A DNA stretch of 64,000 nucleotides from Amphiscolops sp. MND2022 (Eukaryota): the NCBI GenBank assembly GCA_964187785.1, contig OZ076417.1, positions 34,224,001-34,288,000 of the forward strand, in the 5' to 3' direction. The translations under genes were made by a program, and so were the position numbers. Shown one piece after another: positions 47,601-61,435 of the stretch (its first letter is position 1; every line of letters starts with the position of its first letter). A model generated the notes under the pieces. It searched no databases, had not been told where the DNA came from, and saw only the letters and a list, made by a program, of their open reading frames with translations.

Positions 47601-50600
47601 ATACAGTGCCAACAAATACCCGGAAACCCAAATTTATAGTACCTTTCACGAACAAAACTAACAGTGTCGAAATCCCTGAAGGGGGCTCCTTCAGGCTGGC
47701 AAAACGCTTTGTGCCAACTGCTAACATCAAAAAATGAAAAGGGGACAGTCTACTAAAAATATCAAGATATCGGCATTATTTCATTAGTCGGTTTGCAGTC
47801 ATTTTGACTGCCAACCATCTTTGATTGTTCTGCTCGTATAGTTTAATGCTTGCATACATGTAATACTCGAGTTGGATCAAATCATCTTCGCATTGAACTA
47901 ATTCCAGCGACTGCCATTTTTACCTCATCAAATTTATTCAGTCTGATTAATATTGAATTAGATGCATGAGTGCTAAAATAATTGAAAGATTATTAAATAT
48001 GCTGAAGAACCACTATTGCGAAACTTCTTGTCAATCATACTGTGCCAACAAATACCGGGAAACCCAAATTTATAGTACCTTTTACGAACAAAACTAACAG
48101 TGTCGAAATCCCTGAAGGGGGCTCCTTCAGGCTGGCAAAACGCTTTGTGCCAACTGATAACATCAAAAAAATCAAAAGGGGACAGTCTACTAAAAATATC
48201 AAGATAATCGGCATTATTTTATCAGTCGGTTTGCAGTCATTTTGACTGCCAACCGTCTTTGATTGTTCTGCTTGTATAGTTTAATGCTTGCATACATGTA
48301 ATACTCGAGTTGGATCAAATCATCTTCGCATTGAATTAATTCCAGCGACTGCCATTTTTACATCATCAAATTTATTCAGTCTGATTAATAGTGAATTAGA
48401 TGCATGAGTGCTAAAATAATTGAAAGATTAGAGAATGAAATTACCTACTGTCAAATTTTGTCATAGTTCAAGCTCTGATTTTTGATGTTAATACTTAAAA
48501 ACAGCAAAGTATTTTAAATATACTGAAGAACCACTATTGCGAAACTTCTTGTCAATCATACAGTGCCAACAAATACCCGGAAACCCAAATTTATAGTACC
48601 TTTTACGAACAAAACTAACAGTGTCGAAATCCCTGAACGGGCTCCTTCAGGCTGGCAAAACGCTTTGTGGCAACTGATAACATCAAAAAATCAAAAGGGG
48701 ACAGTCTACTAAAAATATCAAGATAATCGGCATTATTTCATCAGTCGGTTTGCAGTCATTTTGACTGCCAACCATCTTTGATTGTTCTGCTTGTATAGTT
48801 TAATGCTTGCACACATGTAATACTCGAGTTGGATCAAATCATCTTCGCATTGAACTAATTTCAGCGACTGCCATTTTTACCTCATCAAATTTATTCAGTC
48901 TGATTAATATTGAATTAGATGCATGAGTGCTAAAATAATTGAAAGCTTAGAGAATAAAATTACCACTGTCAAATTTTATCATAGTTCAAGCTCTGATTTT
49001 TGATGTTAATACCTAAAAACAGCAAAGATTTTAAATATGCTGAAGAACCACTATTGCGAAACTTCTTGTCAATCATACAGTGCCAACAAATACCCGGAAA
49101 CCCAAATTTATAGTACCTTTTACGAACAAAACTAACAGTGTCGAAATCCCTGAAGGGGGCTCCTTCAGGCTGGCAAAACGCTTTGTGCCAACTGATAACA
49201 TCAAAAAAAATCAAAAGGGGACAGTCTACTAAAAATATCAAGATAATCGGCATTATTTCATCAGTCGGTTTGCAGTCATTTTGACTGCCAACCGTCTTTG
49301 ATTGTTCTGCTTGTATAGTTTAATGCTTGCATACATGTAATACTCGAGTTGGATCAAATCATCTTCGCATTGAATTAATTCCAGCAACTGCCATTTTTAC
49401 ATCATCAAATTTATTCAGTCTGAATAATAGTGAATTAGATGCATGAGTGCTAAAATAATTGAAAGATTAGAGAATGAAATTACCTACTGTCAAATTTTGT
49501 CATAGTTCAAGCTCTGATTTTTGATGTTAATACTTGAAAACAGCAAAGTATTTTAAATATGCTGAAGAACCACTATTGCGAAACTTCTTGTCAATCATAC
49601 AGTGCCAACAAATACCCGGAAACCCAAATTTATAGTACCTTTTACGAACAAAACTAACAGTGTCGAAATCCCTGAACGGGCTCCTTCAGGCTGGCAAAAC
49701 GCTTTGTGGCAACTGATAACATCAAAAAATCAAAAGGGGACAGTCTACTAAAAATATCAAGATAATCGGCATTATTTCATCAGTCGGTTTGCAGTCATTT
49801 TGACTGGCAACCATCTTTGATTGTTCTGCTTGTATAGTTTAATGCTTGCACACATGTAATACTCGAGTTGGATCAAATCATCTTCGCATTGAACTAATTT
49901 CAGCGACTGCCATTTTTACCTCATCAAATTTATTCAGTCTGATTAATATTGAATTAGATGCATGAGTGCTAAAAATAATTGAAAGCTTAGAGAATAAAAT
50001 TACCTACTGTCAAATTTTATCATAGTTCAAGCTCTGATTTTTGATGTTAATACTTGAAAACAGCAAAGTATTTCAAATATGCTGAAGAACCACTATTGCG
50101 AAACTTCTTGTCAATCATACAGTGCCAACAAATACCCGGAAACCCAAATTTATAGTACCTTTTACGAACAAAACTAACAGTGTCGAAATCCCTGAACGGG
50201 CTCCTTCAGGCTGGCAAAACGCTTTGTGGCAACTGATAACATCAAAAAATCAAAAGGGGACAGTCTACTAAAAATATCAAGATAATCGGCATTATTTCAT
50301 CAGTCGGTTTGCAGTCATTTTGACTGCCAACCATCTTTGATTGTTCTGCTTGTATAGTTTAATGCTTGCACACATGTAATACTCGAGTTGGATCAAATCA
50401 TCTTCGCATTGAACTAATTTCAGCGACTGCCATTTTTACCTCATCAAATTTATTCAGTCTGATTAATATTGAATTAGATGCATGAGTGCTAAAATAATTG
50501 AAAGCTTAGAGAATAAAATTACCTACTGTCAAATTTTATCATAGTTCAAGCTCTGATTTTTGATGTTAATACTTAAAAACAGCAAAGTATTTTAAGTATG

Positions 50601-53600
50601 CTGAAGAACCTCTATTGCGAAACTTCTTGTCAATCATACAGTGCCAACAAATACCCGGAAACCCAAATTTATAGAACCTTTTACGAACAAAACTAACAGT
50701 GTCGAAATCCCTGAAGGGGGCTCCTTCATGCTGGCAAAACGCTTTGTGCCAACTGATAACATCAAAAAATCAAAAGGGGACAGTCTACTAAAAATATCGA
50801 GATAATCGGCATTATTTCATCAGTCGGTTTGCAGTCATTTTGACTGTCAACCATCTTTGATTGTTCTGCTCGTATAGTTTAATGCTTGCATACATGTAAT
50901 ACTCGAGTTGGATCAAATCATCTTCGCATTGAACTAATTTCAGCGACTGCCATTTTTACCTCATCAAATTTATTCAGTCTGATTAATATTGAATTAGATG
51001 CATGAGTGCTAAAAATAATTGAAAGCTTAGAGAATAAAATTACCTACTGTCAAATTTTATCATAGTTCAAGCTCTGATTTTTGATGTTAATACTTAAAAA
51101 CAGCAAAGTATTTTAAATATGCTGAAGAACCACTATTGCGAAACTTCTTGTTAATCATACAGTGCCAGCAAATACCCGGAAACCAAAATTTATAGTACCT
51201 TTTACGAACAAAACTAACAGTGTCGAAATCCCTGAAGGGGGCTCCTTCATGCTGGCAAAACGTTTTGTGCCAACTGATAACATCAAAAAATCAAAAGGGG
51301 ACAGTCTACTAAAAATATCGAGATAATCGGCATTATTTCATCAGTCGGTTTGCAGTCATTTTGACTGTCAACCATCTTTGATTGTTCTGCTCGTATAGTT
51401 TAATGCTTGCATACATGTAATACTCGAGTTGGATCAAATCATCTTCGCATTGAACTAATTTCAGCGACTGCCATTTTTACCTCATCAAATTTATTCAGTC
51501 TGATTGATATTGAATTAGATGCATGAGTGCTAAAAATAATTGAAAGCTTAGAGAATAAAATTACCTACTGTCAAATTTTATCATAGTTCAAGCTCTAATT
51601 TTTGATGTTAATACTTAAAAACAGCAAAGTATTTTAAATATGCTGAAGAACCACTATTGCGAAACTTCTTGTAAATCATACAGCGCCAACAAATACCCGG
51701 AAACCAAAATTTATAGTACTTTTTACGAACAAAACTAACAGTGTCGAAATCCCTGAAGGGGGCTCCTTCATGCTGGCAAAACGTTTTGTGCCAACTGATA
51801 ACATCAAAAAATCAAAAGGGGACAGTCTACTAAAAATATCGAGATAATCGGCATTATTTCATCAGTCGGTTTGCAGTCATTTTGACTGTCAACCATCTTT
51901 GATTGTTCTGCTCGTATAGTTTAATGCTTGCATACATGTAATACTCGAGTTGGATCAAATCATCTTCGCATTGAACTAATTTCAGCGACTGCCATTTTTA
52001 CCTCATCAAATTTATTCAGTCTGATTGATATTGAATTAGATGCATGAGTGCTAAAAATAATTGAAAGCTTAGAGAATAAAATTACCTACTGTCAAATTTT
52101 ATCATAGTTCAAGCTCTAATTTTTGATGTTAATACTTAAAAACAGCAAAGTATTTTAAATATGCTGAAGAACCACTATTGCGAAACTTCTTGTAAATCAT
52201 ACAGCGCCAACAAATACCCGGAAACCAAAATTTATAGTACTTTTTACGAACAAAACTAACAGTGTCGAAATCCCTGAAGGGGGCTCCTTCATGCTGGCAA
52301 AACGCTTTGTGCCAACTGATAACATCAAAAAATCAAAAGGGGACAGTCTACTAAAATTATCGAGATAATCGGCATTATTTCATCAGTCGGTTTGCAGTCA
52401 TTTTGACTGTCAACCATCTTTGATTGTTCTGCTCGTATAGTTTAATGCTTGCATACATGTAATACTCGAGTTGGATCAAATCATCTTCGCATTGAACTAA
52501 TTTCAGCGACTGCCATTTTTACCTCATCAAATTTATTCAGTCTGATTGATATTGAATTAGATGCATGAGTGCTAAAAATAATTGAAAGCTTAGAGAATAA
52601 AATTACCTACTGTCAAATTTTATCATAGTTCAAGCTCTAATCTTTGATGTTAATACTTGAAAACAGCAAAGTATTTTAAATATGCTGAAGAACCACTATT
52701 GCGAAACTTCTTGTAAATCATACAGCGCCAACAAATACCCGGAAACCAAAATTTATAGTACCTTTTACGAACAAAACTAACCGTGTCGAAATCCCTGAAG
52801 GGGGCTCCTTCATGCTGGCAAAACGCTTTGTGCCAACTGATAACATCAAAAAATCAAAAGGGGACAGTCTACTAAAATTATCGAGATAATCGGCATTATT
52901 TCATCAGTCGATTTGCAGTCGTTTTGACTGTCAACCATCTTTGATTGTTCTGCTCGTATAGTTTAATGCTTGCATACATGTAATACTCGAGTTGGATCAA
53001 ATCATCTTCGCATTGAACTAATTTCAGCGACTGCCATTTTTACCTCATCAAATTTATTCAGTCTGATTAATATTGAATTAGATGCATGAGTGCTAAAATA
53101 ATTGAAAGATTAGAGAATGAAATTACCTACTGTCAAATTTTATCATAGTTCAAGCTCTGATTTTTGATGTTAATACTTAAAACAGCAAAGTATTTTAAAT
53201 ATGCTGAAGAACCACTATTGCGAAACTTCTTGTCAATCATACAGTGCCAACAAATACCCGGAAACCCAAATTTATGGTACCTTTTACGAACAAAACTAAC
53301 AGTGTCGAAATCCCTGAAGGGGGCTCCTTCAGGCTGGCAAAACGCTTTGTCCCAACTGATAACATCAAAAAATGAAAAGGGGACAGTCTACTAAAAATAT
53401 CAAGATAATCGGCATTATTTCATCAGTCGGTTTGCAGTCATTTTGACTGCCAACCATCTTTGATTATTCTGCTCGTATAGTTTAATGCTTGCATACATGT
53501 ACTACTCGAGTTGGATCAAATCATCTTCGCAGTGAACTAATTTCAGCGACTGCCATTTTTACATCATCAAATGTATTCAGTCTGATTAATATTGAATTAG

Positions 53601-54205
53601 ATGCATGAGTGCTAAAATAATTGAAAGATTAGAGAATGAAATTACCTACTGTCAAATTTTATCATAGTTCAAGCTCTGATTTTTGATGTTAATACTTAAA
53701 AACAGCAAAGTGTTTTAAATATGCTGAAGAACCATTATTGCGAAACTTCTTGTCAATCATACAGTGCCAACAAATACCCGGAAACCCAAATTTATGGTAC
53801 CTTTTACGAACAAAACTAACAGTGTCGAAATCCCTGAAGGGGGCTCCTTCAGGCTGGCAAAACGCTTTGTCCCAACTGATAACATCAAAAAATGAAAAGG
53901 GGACAGTCTACTAAAAATATCAAGATAATCGGCATTATTTCATCAGTCGGTTTGCAGTCACTTTGACTGCCAACCATCTTTGATTGTTCTGCTCGTATAG
54001 TTTAATGCTTGCATACATGTACTACTCGAGTTGGATCAAATCATCTTCGCATTGAACTAATTTCAGCGACTGCCATTTTTACCTCATCAGATGTATTCAG
54101 TCTGATTAATATTGAATTAGATGCATGAGTGCTAAAATAATTGAAAGATTGGAGAATAAAATTACCTACTGTCAATTTTTATCATAGTTCAAGCTCTGAT
54201 TTTTG
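38682..54205. repeat. Satellite array: 31 units, ~520 bp, including 7 units of a ~437-bp deletion variant
   Basis: The anchor AAATATGCTGAAGAACC (with variants) occurs 31 times from ~38710 to ~53716. Short spacings (435-438 bp) are confined to ~43.9-48.0 kb. Confidence 0.96.
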
Positions 54206-54610
54206 AAATTCCCAAATTCTTTGAAGCTATCCATCATTTGGTGTTAGTGTGGGAATACTTACCTGTTGTTTTAATTGATAACATTTCACGAAGTCAACTT
54301 TGTCTTTGGCACAATCTTTTGGGGGCGGCGTGAGCCTTCACTTCGACAAAGTGAAACAAGCCGGTATCGGTCCGAGTCGGCGGACCGCTTGATGGTTGAA
54401 ACGGTCTTCTAAAAATACAGTTTTTTCCATCGGCTTTTTCTGAAAATCTGGAAGTGCCAATTAAACTCTGAGGGGAGTACCTTCTAGGCTCACAAAAGTT
54501 TTTCACTTACTGAAAATTGAAAAGGAACTTTTTGGTGATTTGAAAAAGCTGCACCAAAAATAACCAAAGGGTCGGAATATAACCAAGCCCTTTGGCCTAG
54601 CCTTGTTTTT

Positions 54611-54897
54611 GCACATGACGAAGTCAATGTGCATTGCAGTCCAGCTAAGTAAGTTTTTTTCCACTATAGTCAACTCCATAATGAGCGCCTTTTAGAAAAA
54701 AGCCAAAACCCCAGAGTGATTCGAGCCTGCAGCCTCCCGATTGCACGGCATAAGTGTTGACCACTGTGCCATAGGGACGTTATTGAACAAAGTTGAACTG
54801 TTGAATATATACGCATGCGATTAAAATAATATATACGCATATTAAAATAATCGATGTCTTCGTCATGTGTTGCGAAGCACCGCTTCGCCTCTGTGTT
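54611..54897. mobile_element. HINE/DINE-1-like non-autonomous rolling-circle element with tRNA-like core, copy 1
   Basis: Sub-terminal inverted repeats CACATGACGAAG / CTTCGTCATGTG, then hairpin GCGAAGC-ACC-GCTTCGC and a TT end; T-rich left flank. Confidence 0.72.
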
Positions 54898-55267
54898 GAA
54901 GTATACAATAGTCAGAAAAACCCTTTTGATGCTGAGCGCGACAAGAAACCACTAATAATGAATAAGTGGAAACTACAGTGAGATGCTGAAGAAAACTGAA
55001 TTTTTACAGTTATAGTTTGCTCTTAATTGCAAATCGCCCAGACTAAAAAATAGTTTTCACTCAGTCAAAAAGTGAAAAAGACGTCCACAAAACCGAAAAT
55101 TTGGTAAGCAGCAATAATGGAGACTTTTACTCAGCCGAAAAAAATCTTCAAACTAGAAAAGCCTCTAGCCCCCTCTGTTACAATTGTTATCGATCGCAAA
55201 TCAGTCAAAATTTTGACGAAATAAGCCTATAAATGCAGCGGCCAAGCAGAGTGACATGCCGCACCAA

Positions 55268-55682
55268 GAAGACACAATGTTTTCAGATGTTTGTTCGAGT
55301 TGCACGACAGCACCAAGTGGTCAAGCTGGGGGGACCCTTAGTCTCGTACGGTTTTGTAGGTTACGTTAAAATAGTAAACAAGCCGGGAACGGCCCAAGTC
55401 GGCGCCATATCTAAGGCTCAAAAAGACTCGAAATTTCCGAATTTCCGAATTTTTTTCTCAATTTTTAGTTTTTTGAGAGCTTTTGTTGTCTCCAGTTGTA
55501 GAAAAAGTTGTTTTCGTTTTCGAGTCTTTTTGAGCCTTAGATATGGCGCCGACTTGGGCCGTTCCCGGCTTGTTTACTATTTTAACGTAACCTACAAAAC
55601 CGTACGAGACTAAGGGTCCCCCAGCCTGACCACTTGGTGCTGTCGTGCAACTCGAACAAACATCTGAAAACATTGTGTCTTC
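55268..55682. repeat. 415-bp foldback/MITE with ~163-bp arms
   Basis: GAAGACACAATG... pairs with ...CATTGTGTCTTC around a ~85-bp spacer. The GTTCCCGGCTTGTT motif is shared with ~31660 and ~36865. Confidence 0.88.
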
Positions 55683-56952
55683 AAAAAATAATTTTGTATT
55701 TGTATTAATCCCCTACTTTGATCTGTCAAAAAATTCGTTTTGAAAATTGATAATTGTTTTTCAAGTGTTTTTTCTCTGGTCAGAAAAAGGTCAGATTTTT
55801 GTCAATTTATGTGGTCAGAATTTTCGGTACAGTGAAGTGGTCACCCTGGGTGGCGCGTATATCACCCCGGAAAGAGGAAGATCGAACCATACAACCAATC
55901 CTAGTTTCCAATTTATCTAATGATCAGCTTCCATTCTGTATAATTCGGTTCTAAAATACTTCGACTCTAGAAAGGCGACTCAAGTAACTTTTAATACAAA
56001 AATTTCTCAATTTCTTCTTCGACCAAGAGGCTTACCCCGGAATCAGACGGATTGAATTGAAATTTCCTATTTTTTGTAAGGTGATTTTGGAGTACAATGA
56101 AGAATGGGGCGTGAGACGAAAGATTTATCTATTTTGCATCCTTCTCAATTCTTTTGAAATTAGTTCTTTTGATTTGGAAATCTCCAAACATGCCATTGTC
56201 TACACTATTCTCTGATTCAGGGCATGAAACGTTCTATTTTTTGCACAGTAAGATGCAGGAATACGTGTGTTAAAGAACATTAGCGACAAGTTTTTAAATT
56301 GGTTTTGACTGGCATTAAGAGCGTTTAGAATGAATAAATCCCTCATTTCTGGAACAGTGAACTTGTTCTCAATTCTCATTAGTTAAGCTTAATTTGCTGA
56401 TTTGAAGAGCCTTTGTGAATTTGTCAAATGTTTCATTAGTTTCGTTTTATATAATTTGGGATTCCGATTTGTGAGAAATTGGCAAATTGTCAATAGAACT
56501 CACCTTTTACAAATGGGTGGTCTTATAAATTTGGTCGAATGAGTTTTGATGTCGTTTTTGCTAAATACGGCAATTAATTTGTTGAAGGACTTCGTCGAAT
56601 CGTTTCGAATAATTAGTGCCTCTTCGTTTTGGTCCTTTTATTAGTCACTTTGAATGGAAGTAATGAAACTCTCTGAGTGTTTTATGTTCAAAATGGCTAT
56701 TTTGGGAACAAAAGTTGTTGATCATGATATTTCAGAGGTATAAAATGTAAATTAACAACCATCATTGCAAAATCGTCATATAATGACTTCATCTGTAGAT
56801 TTGTCTTCAATCGGGCATTCCACACTGCAGTTTCAAAGTGTCACTTTCGAAGTTGAATGTCTTCTCGAAGGGAAAGAACGAAATTTGGATTAAGCACAGG
56901 CGAAAAGCAGCCGCCGGGGACAAGGAAACGTTTGAAAAGAGGCATCTAGACG

Positions 56953-57827
56953 ATGCACTCCAGCAACAGCACAGGTATACTGAATACTTCACGCAAAGTA
57001 AGTACCCTTGGCAACAACGAGTCCTCCTCGTCATCATTTTGTTCCACACCAAGAGAACTTTTGGAAAACGTGTTCAAATATCTATCGCCCCTAGATCTAG
57101 TCTCATGTTCGCTGGTTTGTTCACGTTGGCATTCTATTATCATCGAGAACCTGCAAGTGTTTAGCAAGTTCTTGTGTTTCGTGGAGTTGTCTGAGTATCC
57201 GGGCATGTTTGACGAAGACAATGACAATCAGTTGAAGTTCAAATTATTCAGATACTGGGATTACTACAAGCGGCTGCTACTTTATTATAACTGCAGTGAG
57301 TTTCTCAAATTTGAAAGTGGTTAGTAGTTCCAATAAACTTGATGTATGTATCTCCAATTATCTTACAACGTAAAGTAGTGCAAGAAAATCAACTGAACCT
57401 ATGTTTGTTTGTGAAAAATGGGGATAAAACAGAAATTGCTCTGGAATCCGCTGCATTAAATCAAAGAAACCTACATTTTTATTAACATGTTTATTTGCAA
57501 ATAATGAAGAAACTTTCTAATTTCATTTTCCATCGGTTTCATTCTCTACTGATTTGGCATGTGTGGCATTATTTTGGCCAATTTTCAAATATTTGACTCC
57601 CAATATTTGCTGTTTCCAATTTGACAGGTCTTCATTATCTGAGGACGTTTGACTGCTGTTTTGTATCAAAGAATTTTGTGTCTGCTCACTATACGAGGTT
57701 TCTACTTTGTCATTCTATTCCCCATCTAATACATGGGTTATCTACAACACTGAATTTTTCGTTTCAGAGCCCTGAATTTATTATTGAAGGCGAATTAAAG
57801 AAATCATCATGTAAAATGCTAGCTTAG
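56953..57827 (+). CDS. F-box domain protein, predicted exons 56953-57319 and 57628-57827
   Basis: TPRELLENVFKYLSPLDLVSCSLVCSRWHSII is an F-box motif. Donor GTTAGT at 57320 and acceptor TTGACAG at 57627 are phase compatible. Confidence 0.65.
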
Positions 57828-58180
57828 TTTACAAGCAGTACAAGTTATTCCTCGCAGATAAAGGCTCAGTTTACACTATTTTAAATGCAGCGCTACTAGT
57901 ACCTGCCTAAAAAACTGCCTCGCTGTTTATCAATTCAGGGTACGAAGTGAAAGGGTGGGGTACCACGACAGCGGAGGTCGGCCAAAAAGCAGACCAGTCG
58001 TTGAGCAGAGGATTAGACCAGCTAATAATAAAAATACATTTTTGCATTGCTCATCGATATTGAAACCGGTGGTGTACAATCTAAAAACATGCATGATTTA
58101 ACTCATTTTGATTGATAATCTTTTCATAATTTTGCTTGCCGCGCTTCTGAAGAAAGTTTGTTGAATTTGTAGAATTTATT

Positions 58181-58469
58181 GCACATGACGAAGTCAATGT
58201 GCATTGCAGTCCAGCTAACTAAGTTTTTTTTTCCACAATAGTCAACTTCATAATGAGCGTCTTTTAGATAAAAGCCAAAACCCCAGAGAGATTCGAACCT
58301 GCAGCCTCCCGATTGCACGGCATATGTGTTGACCACTGTGCCTTAGGGACGTTATTGAACAAAGTTGAACTGTTGAATATATACGCATGCGATTAAAATA
58401 ATATATACGCATATTAAAATAATCGATGTCTTCGTCATGTGTTGCGAAGCACCGCTTCGCCTCTGTGTT
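58181..58469. mobile_element. HINE/DINE-1-like element, copy 2
   Basis: Highly similar to 54611-54897 with identical ends and unrelated flanks. Confidence 0.72.
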
Positions 58470-61435
58470 CACACTTCACGTTTATTCAACATATCATTCT
58501 TTTGTTACTAAAAGTTGAAAGACAGTCAGCTTTGTCAGATCAGCCAACTCTGTTTGTTTAATAAACAAACAAATTCTCAAGTACTTCCAATGATCGCAGC
58601 ATCATTTTGGCGGCCATTGAGAGGCATACATTGCTCTCACAAAGATGACAGACACTGCTCGTCAACACAGATTTCACAAACGTCATTTGCAATAGCAATT
58701 GAAAGAATGGAACGACATGAAGGCAGATTCAGCTACAGTGTATTCATTCAAAGAATTGCACGTGCGTTGAGACTTGTTAACTCGTATGCAAAAAGAACAG
58801 AAAGAACTGAAAGAAAAATTGTTGAACGAAACTACTGAAGAAAACTACGATGCCGTTGGCGATGAAATGTTCACTTTGGATTGTGACGTCCAGCGCATAA
58901 TAACGGAATTTAATTAGGAATACAATCAATTAAGTGCAGCAAATCAGTCGAATGTTGTGACAAGCAGTACTCATCCGACTTCAAATAATAGAGAATTCTA
59001 TTGCCAAATTACCACAAATTGAATTACCAAAATTCAATGGCAATTACCCGGATTGGCTTGCCTTTTCCGATCAGTTTAGCAATTCTGTTGATGAAAACGT
59101 TAAAGTTATCAAAGGTTCAAAAATTGATTTATCTTAAACGTTGTTTAACTGAACCAGCTGAGCGATTAATAAAAAATCTTGAAACAACTGAAGCTAATTA
59201 TGACAACGCAGTGAAAATTTTGACTGATCGATACCATAATGAAAGAATCATTGTTCGTAATTCGCTGACTCGAATTTCTGCCTGTACGAACAGAAAATGC
59301 TTTCCAATTACGACTACTTTATAACACTTTCCACGAAACAGCTCTTGCATTAGAGTCAATGAATCACAGAAGGCATGGGAACTAGCAAATCCTGGAACAA
59401 AGTGTCTGGAATACACAAACTTGATGAAATTCCTGGACTTGAGAACCCACTCCATGGAGACTTGTAAACCAAAGGAGACCTCAATGAAAGTTAAAGAAAC
59501 TATGCAACTATTCACAACTGAATGAGAGTTTAACCACAGCACTGTCTCGTTTCAACCTGCAAAGCTTAACATGCTATTTGAAATGCCCGTATTTCAAGCT
59601 CAAACACCTACAGAACAGAAGGAAACTGTTTTACAAGGTAAACTTTGCTTCAATTGTCTCAGATCAGGCCGTGTCCTAGCAAAATGTACTTCGCAGTCAA
59701 AATGTAAGACTTGTCACTCTAAGCATCATTCCTTTTTGCATGAGAGTAGCACCAAACCTTTCAACAGTTCTGTCGAAGTTCTTAGTACGTTAGCTATTGA
59801 ATCAGATCATGAAAAATCAGATAAGATTTCACTTTTGCCAACAGCTCAAGTTGAAGTTCTTGAGATAAAAGAAGCAATAAGGTAAAACTTAGAGCTCTTT
59901 TAGATACTTACAACATTTACTCATTTTAGCGTCATTACAACAGCTGCTTGTAAAAAGTTAAGCTTACAGTTTGAGTATCCTAATGAACGAATTATCGGAG
60001 TAAATCAAGCATATTCGCAACCAGTGGTAGTAAACGTCAAGATTTCCGTTCGACCCAAGCATGGAAAAATGTTCAACATAAAATGCGTTGTGGTAAATCA
60101 TATAACAAGAAGTGATAATCCAAAAAGCAAAGTTGCCAATGAAGATGTTGAGCATTCCAGACATTACGATTCAGCTGACCCGGCTTTTGATTCGTTAGGC
60201 CACGTTGATCTTTTACTCGGAATCAATGTATATACACACATACTTCAAAACAAAGTTGTCAAAATTGACACGCTTGCCTTAGTCGAAACAACATTAGGCT
60301 GGACAGTTTCAGGAATAGCTACTCAAGAATCCCCAAGTTTCAATCAGGATTCCCTATAGTATTAATTTTGTGGAATATGATGACAGGAAGTTTTAGAATT
60401 TTTGGAGAATAGAAGATGTTCCAACTTTCCCGGAATCTAAGATGAATTCAGAGGAAATTTTTCGTTCGCAACACTATGAGCAAACCACTACATATGGCAT
60501 GATGGTAGAGTCATAGTTCGACTTCCTATCAAGGAATCTCACCTAACGATTGCATCAGATTTGGTGCCCGATATTGGATATTCAGCAAAAAGCGCTCACA
60601 CAGTTTATTCGCAATGAAAACCAGCTCAAAAACAATGGTATTGCAAAACAGCAGTATCATGATTTTTTTTCAAAGAAATGATAGACACCGGTCATATTGA
60701 ACGTGTTCCTCCGGATGGGCAGCATCTGAAACCAGGTAAATACTTCGTGAAGCCTCATCATCTGCATCAGCTGTTTGGAAAGAATCCACAACCACAGTGT
60801 CGTTCAGTGTTCAATGCATCGGCTAAAACAAATGGTAAAAGTTTGAATGATTGTATCATGGTAGGATCCAAACAACAACCCGATTTGATTGAACTTCTGA
60901 TTAAAATACGTTTTTATCCAGTAGTTTTATCAGATGTAACGAAAATGTACAGACAATTGATTTTGAATGAATTAGACAGAAATTTGCATCAGTTTTATTG
61001 GAGATCAGATCCTAGCGAACCGATAACAAAATGGTGGTTAACTCGAGTAATTTACGGTGTAGCATCAAGTTCATATCATGCAATACGAGCTTTGCGTGAA
61101 TCAGCTGATAAAGCACCAAATCAAACCTGCAGAGACGCAATTTTGAATTCTTTTTATGTCGATGATTTTCTTGGTGGCGCATCATCCCCTGATGAAGCAG
61201 TATCACTCTATAAGGACATAACCACCACATTAGCTAGTCGTGGAAAACCTATTCGCTAATGGGCAAGTAATTCGAAACAAGTTTTGAAAGAAATTCCAGT
61301 TGAACTACACGAAAACAAAGATTTTTTACTTCTCAAAATGACCATAGAATCACGACTCTTGGTCTCAATTGAACACCTCAAACGGACACTTTCTTTTTTC
61401 GTGCATTCAAAAAACCCGATTCTGAGCACTCCAAA

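Noticed and set aside
38682-54205. CRISPR array or tandem gene cluster (track ORFs at 39696, 45692, 47073, 48042, 48969, 53164)
   Set aside because: Units are ~520 bp and near-identical throughout, with no unique spacers or cas genes. The ORFs appear or vanish with single-base unit variants.
55750-56780. Decayed non-LTR retrotransposon on the minus strand
   Set aside because: It looks coding-derived, but I found no unambiguous APE or RT motif and all frames have many stops.
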